This document shows, one piece after another, positions 58,441 to 64,000 of a DNA stretch of 64,000 nucleotides. Under the pieces are notes generated by a model. The model was not told the DNA's origin, did not search any database, and saw only the letters and a program-made list of their open reading frames with translations. The DNA is from a virus (taxonomy: Duplodnaviria > Heunggongvirae > Uroviricota > Caudoviricetes), in IMG/VR virus record IMGVR_UViG_3300012983_000032, positions 93,793 to 157,792 of that record; one strand, 5' to 3'. Numbering within the stretch: the first letter of the stretch is position 1; the number at the start of each line of letters is the position of its first letter. The position numbers and the translations under genes are program-made.

Positions 58441-61044
58441 TTAAACTTCGTTATATTTTAATACCCTTTCTACAATAATATCATCGTCATCAATGAAACA
58501 GATATCGTTAGGATTCTGTGTCAAAATATCAGTCTGTTTTGGAAGAGCAAATACCTTTAATGACACATAATTTTTTAACAAGTTAGATAATTCTTCTATT
58601 TCAAGGAACTTTCCATTTGAGAATGTCATATCAAGTGAGCTGAAATTAAAATATGAAATCGGTATAATAAAGAATCCTCTTGAGAAATCATATGAAGATG
58701 GTTCATTATAGTTTTCATTAAAGATTATATGAACATTGTTAATGTAACTATCATTAATCATATAACCATTTGTTGTGTTTGAAGATATATTGGCACCTGA
58801 CAACTGAACGAACTTACCATCTTCAACGTCGTTAATGTTATAAATCTTATTATTACCCTCAAAGTTAACTTCATATGGTCTATTTTCAAAAGGTGCAGAC
58901 GCAGGGTTCTTTACCTTTGACATATATGCAGCATCAGTAATATTTGTAATTAATGGGTACTGTGCAACTCTTACTGCACGTTTATTATATCCATCTTGTG
59001 TTTCATCAAAGAAACTAAGGTCATAGCCAATTTGAGATTTTACATTTTCAGTAGTAATGTGTTTTGTAAGATAATTACCAGACTCTGCGTCTTCTCTTAT
59101 TGTATCCATAAGAGTTACTTTGTCTGACGGTCTACTATCAAATAAGAAGAATGTCCTTGCATAAGAATCCGCGTCAGTAGTATTTATCATTTGCAAATTA
59201 ATCTTCAACAAATATGGGCTATCCAAACTAGAGTTCTTAAAACCAGGATTTAATCCGTCCAAACCATAAGTACTATCAAACTGAAATGGAATAGCAACCA
59301 AAGGAATAGTTTGATTATCTTCATCAGTAATAGTAAATACTTTTAACTTATCTGCGTCATATTCTACTTTTGCCATTGCCTCTAATTGTAAGTTAATAGA
59401 GTCTGTAAATGAGAAAAGAGATACCAAGTGTGTAATTCTAGAACTGTACAAAGGTGTATTAAAGTCAGTATTAAATACTGAATATTCCGAGGTTACAGCA
59501 CCTTTTATATTTTTAATAATTTCAGACTCTGAAACGTCAATATCATAAGTGTTTACTTTGATAGAAGGTGCAACCTTAATATAGTTTGGTTCAACATAGT
59601 TAAGAGAGTCGTTTGGTCCTTTTTTATCACTAATATTTGCTAAAACATTTCTTATGAAGTCTTCTGACTCTTCGTCTGTAACCATATCACCATTTGCTTT
59701 AATAGCAGAAACGTTAAGAGCATTACTAATCAAAGTAACCTCATTAAGTACTTCCTCATCAATATCCTCATTCATATTATTTGAACCACTATCAATCTGT
59801 TTTGCAACGAATGAAGAGTTAGGATAACAAATTAACTTTGAAAGAGTGTAAGGTGAGTTTCTTAATATCTGATATTTATAAGAAGACGTAACTGCAGTAG
59901 TATACGACTTCAAATATGACAATGGTGCATTTTCCCTATATGTGTCTTCATTTTCAATATCTTGCCCACCCATAATAGGTGCTGTATTCAAACAAGATAA
60001 GAATGTAGACTCCATATTTGTTCTAGGGTCAATCATTTTTTGACTCCCAGGGAAAGCCATTTTATTTACTTGAAATGTCTGTTGTATATTTCCCTTAGAA
60101 CCTAATGTTTCAAGATAATGAACTGTTACAGTTGAGCCTTTTACAGGAAGTTTTCCTGAAACCCCATCACCAAATTTAATAATTATCCCCGAACCGTCTT
60201 CAGCCAACTTAGTTTCGTATACTTTATCAAATGGTTTGGCCTGGCGTATCTTTGGTATTTCAGCCCATCTTTCAGCTACGGTTCCTTTAGGAGGAGTTAC
60301 TTCAACATAAAAATAATCTCTTGAAGTATTGTTACTTGCATTCTCAACATTTTCTGCATTTAACTTGAACGCTTGAAATCTTGTCCCATCTGTAGTACCA
60401 ACAGTCTGCGACTTCTGGATACCTTGAATTACTGGAACTTTAAGATATTTTATATTCTCCCATCCACCTGCACGGAGGAATTCTGTTTTCTTTGTTTCAT
60501 TTGATTCAATTTCTTTATATGGTTTTACAAGTGGTTTACATTTAACTGTTTTTGTAGCGATAAATTGAACACCATTATTGGCAGTAAATATTGTACCCTT
60601 TGGTACTTCGTAAGAAATAGGACTTGTCCAAGGGACTAAAGCCGACTTTTGAATATAATTTGCTTTTTCGTCTTTCCCTATATTATCATAATCTGACCTT
60701 TCGTCTAAATTAAAAAAAGTAGAACCAAAATTAGCTAAACGGTCTACATTAGTATTATCAGTATGAGAAACAACTATAAATCCTATTGCAGACTTTGGTC
60801 TTTCACGCTTTCTTCCTATAAGACTACCTAAAGAAGTAAGTGAACTTATATTCATTGCTGTCTTCCACTTATTTTCCCTTAACAAATACTCAAGGTACCT
60901 TGCCAGCTCTGAAATACCCTCACCAAAAACGTCCATTACGTTTGAAAAAGCAGAGTCGTCAAGAATAGTGGCGGACTCACTATTCATTTTCATTCTCTCT
61001 GTAAGTCTGCCTTTTACTTCATCATATGCAAATCTCTTACTCAT
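58441..61044 (-). CDS. Baseplate wedge subunit (T4 gp6 / P2 gpJ-like)
   Basis: ENKWKTAMNISSL...PKSAIG, VPKGTIF, IIKFGDGVSGKLP...VHYLETLGSKGN, GGQDIENEDTYRENAP...AVTSSYK. Confidence 0.88.
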   Translation of the reverse strand: MSKRFAYDEVKGRLTERMKMNSESATILDDSAFSNVMDVFGEGISELARYLEYLLRENKWKTAMNISSLTSLGSLIGRKRERPKSAIGFIVVSHTDNTNVDRLANFGSTFFNLDERSDYDNIGKDEKANYIQKSALVPWTSPISYEVPKGTIFTANNGVQFIATKTVKCKPLVKPYKEIESNETKKTEFLRAGGWENIKYLKVPVIQGIQKSQTVGTTDGTRFQAFKLNAENVENASNNTSRDYFYVEVTPPKGTVAERWAEIPKIRQAKPFDKVYETKLAEDGSGIIIKFGDGVSGKLPVKGSTVTVHYLETLGSKGNIQQTFQVNKMAFPGSQKMIDPRTNMESTFLSCLNTAPIMGGQDIENEDTYRENAPLSYLKSYTTAVTSSYKYQILRNSPYTLSKLICYPNSSFVAKQIDSGSNNMNEDIDEEVLNEVTLISNALNVSAIKANGDMVTDEESEDFIRNVLANISDKKGPNDSLNYVEPNYIKVAPSIKVNTYDIDVSESEIIKNIKGAVTSEYSVFNTDFNTPLYSSRITHLVSLFSFTDSINLQLEAMAKVEYDADKLKVFTITDEDNQTIPLVAIPFQFDSTYGLDGLNPGFKNSSLDSPYLLKINLQMINTTDADSYARTFFLFDSRPSDKVTLMDTIREDAESGNYLTKHITTENVKSQIGYDLSFFDETQDGYNKRAVRVAQYPLITNITDAAYMSKVKNPASAPFENRPYEVNFEGNNKIYNINDVEDGKFVQLSGANISSNTTNGYMINDSYINNVHIIFNENYNEPSSYDFSRGFFIIPISYFNFSSLDMTFSNGKFLEIEELSNLLKNYVSLKVFALPKQTDILTQNPNDICFIDDDDIIVERVLKYNEV

Positions 61045-61056
61045 ATTTATCTCCGT

Positions 61057-61233
61057 CTACTTTTTAATTAGCTCACTTTTGTTAACACGAACTATATATT
61101 CTTCCACACAAGCATGAAACTCATCTAGACCCTCAACATAGTCTAAAAGTTCATAATCTTTTGATAATTTTATCTGTAAGTTTAGTTTATTATTTAATCT
61201 TTCCTTTACAGTGTCATAGTCAAATTTTTTCAT
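61057..61233 (-). CDS. 58-aa mini-paralogue of the baseplate wedge N-terminus
   Basis: Below the ORF-track cutoff: MKKFDYDTVKERLNNKLNLQIKLSKDYELLDYVEGLDEFHACVEEYIVRVNKSELIKK*; fills the gap between the gp25-like and wedge genes. Confidence 0.65.
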   Translation of the reverse strand: MKKFDYDTVKERLNNKLNLQIKLSKDYELLDYVEGLDEFHACVEEYIVRVNKSELIKK

Positions 61234-61241
61234 ATACTACC

Positions 61242-61694
61242 CTACTGTGAAAAGTTATAAATAATAAATGAACCATTATCACTAAACATTGACTCGTCTA
61301 GAATACCAGTTTTATTATCTAAAACTGAAACCCTTATCTCCCATCGTCTTTTAACTAAATTACAATTTACTTTTATGTCTGTAATTGTTATCTCTGGAAA
61401 GTATTTAAAGGATTCTGCCTTTAAGTTTGCCTCTATCTGTCTACAAGAATCTTCTGTTAAAGGTTTCTTTACAACATACTTTTCCATAAAACCACCTAAC
61501 TCAGGATTTCTATGATAATCAGTAGAACCAGACTGTAGCCAAATTTTAAATCTATTAATTACCGCTGTTCCATTCTCAACAGTAATAGAACCATATTCAT
61601 CTATATCATTATACCTTACGTCTATATATGATATATTCTCTTTTAATGAAGACTTTAAGGCTTCTATATTTTGAAGCATTACTGAATTTATCAT
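61242..61694 (-). CDS. Baseplate wedge gp25-like protein
   Basis: AVINRFKIWLQSGSTDYHRNPELGG...FPEITITDIKV pattern of the gp25/GPW family; upstream of the wedge gene. Confidence 0.8.
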   Translation of the reverse strand: MINSVMLQNIEALKSSLKENISYIDVRYNDIDEYGSITVENGTAVINRFKIWLQSGSTDYHRNPELGGFMEKYVVKKPLTEDSCRQIEANLKAESFKYFPEITITDIKVNCNLVKRRWEIRVSVLDNKTGILDESMFSDNGSFIIYNFSQ

Positions 61695-61705
61695 AAAGAC
61701 CCTCC

Positions 61706-62566
61706 TTATAAGTAATAAACAGAAGAATGATTACTATCTGTTACACCAGCAAATGCACCAGTAGAAAGTGGCTCACCATTTGCGTCCCAAGTAGATGTAG
61801 ACATAATCTTTGTTTGAATAACATTACCATCACTACCTAATTTCTGTACTTCTTCTGCCATACCACCAATATATTTTTTATCTTCTTCGTCATATGGATA
61901 AAAATACATTTCCATACCATTCATTTGATATTGTATTGAAACCGACGAAACATTTCCATTATCTGCATAACTAAGTTGCATTTCTCCTAAATCTTTTGGT
62001 ACAAGACCTATAAAGTTTACCAATGCAATTGGTACGGCTTTCATAATAGGAACACCCGATGTTGTGTTCATATTCTTATAATGAAATAAATATGCAGCAA
62101 GATTTCTATACTTACCCCTTCTTCCACAAACCATACAGTCCAAATATTTATCATACCAATGGTTCATCCAGTTAATATGATATCTTCTTACTGTCTGATA
62201 TACGTCTTCTTTCCAAGAAAGTGTCAATGTATTATTTCTATCTTTTGCACCTTTAACGTAGTCTATCCTAATAGCAGACTGAGACTCCATTATATCTAAA
62301 CCTGGCAACCTAAAACCTGAAATAGACTCAATCCTATACTGTAACTTATCAGGTATAACACTACTAGGTGAGTCATAAGTTCCATCACCTGTATCACCGT
62401 CTGCCCTTATATATGGGTCATAGAAAGAGTCAATTGCAAAATAATTTAACTGTTGTGGCTCAAGATTATATAAATACTGATAGCCTTCATATTGATAATT
62501 TTGTAGTTCACTATTGCCGTCTGGCGACATAGGTACTACACCTGCCACAGATAAGTTATTACTCAT
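61706..62566 (-). CDS. Tail tube-like protein (gp19/gp54 fold)
   Basis: RLPGLD...TLTLSWKEDVYQTVRRYHINWMN...FIGLVPKDLGEMQLSY...SVSIQY. Confidence 0.65.
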   Translation of the reverse strand: MSNNLSVAGVVPMSPDGNSELQNYQYEGYQYLYNLEPQQLNYFAIDSFYDPYIRADGDTGDGTYDSPSSVIPDKLQYRIESISGFRLPGLDIMESQSAIRIDYVKGAKDRNNTLTLSWKEDVYQTVRRYHINWMNHWYDKYLDCMVCGRRGKYRNLAAYLFHYKNMNTTSGVPIMKAVPIALVNFIGLVPKDLGEMQLSYADNGNVSSVSIQYQMNGMEMYFYPYDEEDKKYIGGMAEEVQKLGSDGNVIQTKIMSTSTWDANGEPLSTGAFAGVTDSNHSSVYYL

Positions 62567-62581
62567 AATAAATTAGTTTAA

Positions 62582-63892
62582 TCAGAAATTGTTATCAATT
62601 GTTGAAATTCTCTTGTATAAAATAGGTACTGCAATAGCAGATATTCTACCAGCCGAATCTCTTTCAAATTTTAATGTACTATTTGAACCAAGAAATCTTA
62701 CATCCTCGAAAACAAATGCCCTATAAGAATTTTGATATCCATATGTTTTACCTAACTTAGGATTATCTATTGCCTGACTATCATTCATAATAAGTTTCTG
62801 AGTTGCACCATACGAACCAAAATGACCCTCTTTGTTAAAGTTAAAATCATTATACATAATTGTAATATCGATTCTTGACTTATTATTAAAAAATGTTGAA
62901 GGGAAAAAAGTTTGTGAATAGTATTTATTTTCTATATCTCCTAACTTAACGGTATCTTCAAAGTCACTACCATATATACCTGCAAGAGCATTAAATTTGT
63001 TAAGAATAAGACCATTTTGGTCTAATGAGAATTCCAAATCTGTCTTATGGGACTCAGTAAAAGAACTTGACACCTTAGGAACAGGTTTACCCATAAAGTT
63101 CCAAGTTGTAGGTTCAATAGACATACCATTTATAGACACTCTCTCCATTCTTACAAAGTAAGTTTTTAAAATTTGTTCTAATTGACTACCAAGTGGTTTT
63201 TCAAATGGCATTTTTGAAGTAATTCCTAAAATATCCTTTATCTGTTCATCATTTTCGTCATATTGAGATATAACACCATAATACATATTAGGTCTAAAAT
63301 CAGGCATTTTTCTTAATAAACATTTTATTGCACTACTATGTATTGCATGTTGAGTCTCCATATTTGCCCTAGCCTCTTGTCTTTCTGTCAATTCTCCTAT
63401 TGAAGTAAGATTAGTCTCAGGGGACATTTGAATGTGAGGAAGAGTTGCATGACCTAATAGATTGTTATGTAATGACGAACCATTTCTTGTCACCTGCGTA
63501 AACATCTTAACAAACTCTTTTTCATCAATTTCAAAGAATCCTTTATATAAAGTTTCTTTATTCTCAAACTTTGTTAATTTTATTTCTTGGGGAATCATTA
63601 CCCCATTCTTTAATGTTACATTACTTCTTACTGTAGGATGATTTGGATTACTTGTAAAGAAACTCTGTGTAATCAATCGTGCAAAAACGTCTGGATTAAC
63701 ACCAGGGTTCATTCCATCTGTACCTGCTTCAAAGTCTGGTCTTAAAAGAGAATTAAGTAGGTTTACATAATTATTTTTAGTCCACTCAGGGGTGTTTTTT
63801 GTCCCTGCATCGGCTGAACGAGAAACTTTATAAAATTCTTTTAATCTCTTTTCATTGTTTGACTGCCATGTATCTTGTGTCCAAACAGGCAT
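62582..63892 (-). CDS. Tail tube/hub-like structural protein
   Basis: C-terminal VRMERVSING...FMGKPVPKV...LEFSLDQN...FVFEDVRFLG resembles tube-fold proteins; tail-module context. Confidence 0.45.
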   Translation of the reverse strand: MPVWTQDTWQSNNEKRLKEFYKVSRSADAGTKNTPEWTKNNYVNLLNSLLRPDFEAGTDGMNPGVNPDVFARLITQSFFTSNPNHPTVRSNVTLKNGVMIPQEIKLTKFENKETLYKGFFEIDEKEFVKMFTQVTRNGSSLHNNLLGHATLPHIQMSPETNLTSIGELTERQEARANMETQHAIHSSAIKCLLRKMPDFRPNMYYGVISQYDENDEQIKDILGITSKMPFEKPLGSQLEQILKTYFVRMERVSINGMSIEPTTWNFMGKPVPKVSSSFTESHKTDLEFSLDQNGLILNKFNALAGIYGSDFEDTVKLGDIENKYYSQTFFPSTFFNNKSRIDITIMYNDFNFNKEGHFGSYGATQKLIMNDSQAIDNPKLGKTYGYQNSYRAFVFEDVRFLGSNSTLKFERDSAGRISAIAVPILYKRISTIDNNF

Positions 63893-64000
63893 AGAAACTT
63901 CTTTAGAGTTAAAGCTTGCAATAAAGTCTTTTGCAATAAAATTATCTATATAATAAGAAACTTCTTTATTATCAATTAACAGTCTTTCAATATTACTATC

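Noticed and set aside
1..64000. Stop-codon reassignment (TAG/TGA recoding) as in some gut jumbo phages
   Set aside because: Genes are full length under code 11, including an 18-kb ORF, and TAG ends several genes cleanly (e.g. terL, portal, gp25-like).

Overview
AT-rich segment of a large myovirus-type (T4-like/jumbo) phage genome in the standard genetic code (TAA and TAG both act as stops). It is mostly the minus-strand virion morphogenesis region: two tail-tube-like genes, a gp25-like protein, a gp6/J-like baseplate wedge, a 6031-aa baseplate/fibre protein, a family of modular fibre-like paralogues, a long tail fibre, portal and terminase large subunit. Accessory genes are interspersed, many on the plus strand and visibly more AT-rich. 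The most striking feature is an operon reading tail fibre -> 215-aa Cys-repeat protein (~40 Cys) -> 304-aa Cys/Gly-repeat protein (~63 Cys) -> radical SAM/SPASM enzyme, with a convergent, catalytically degenerate aldo/keto reductase. A second radical SAM/SPASM gene lies about 10 kb away. This looks like a phage-encoded RiPP-like maturation system that may act on virion fibre-tip proteins (inference). Also seen: an endonuclease-methyltransferase fusion, a second endonuclease/MTase pair, two recurrent promoter-like motifs (ACTAAWT and GTTAATAT) that often sit 4-6 nt from SD-less ATGs (probable leaderless mRNAs), a candidate multi-hairpin sRNA with an anti-SD loop, and an unannotated 58-aa mini-paralogue of the baseplate wedge N-terminus. 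All product calls come from reading motifs by eye; no database searches were run.
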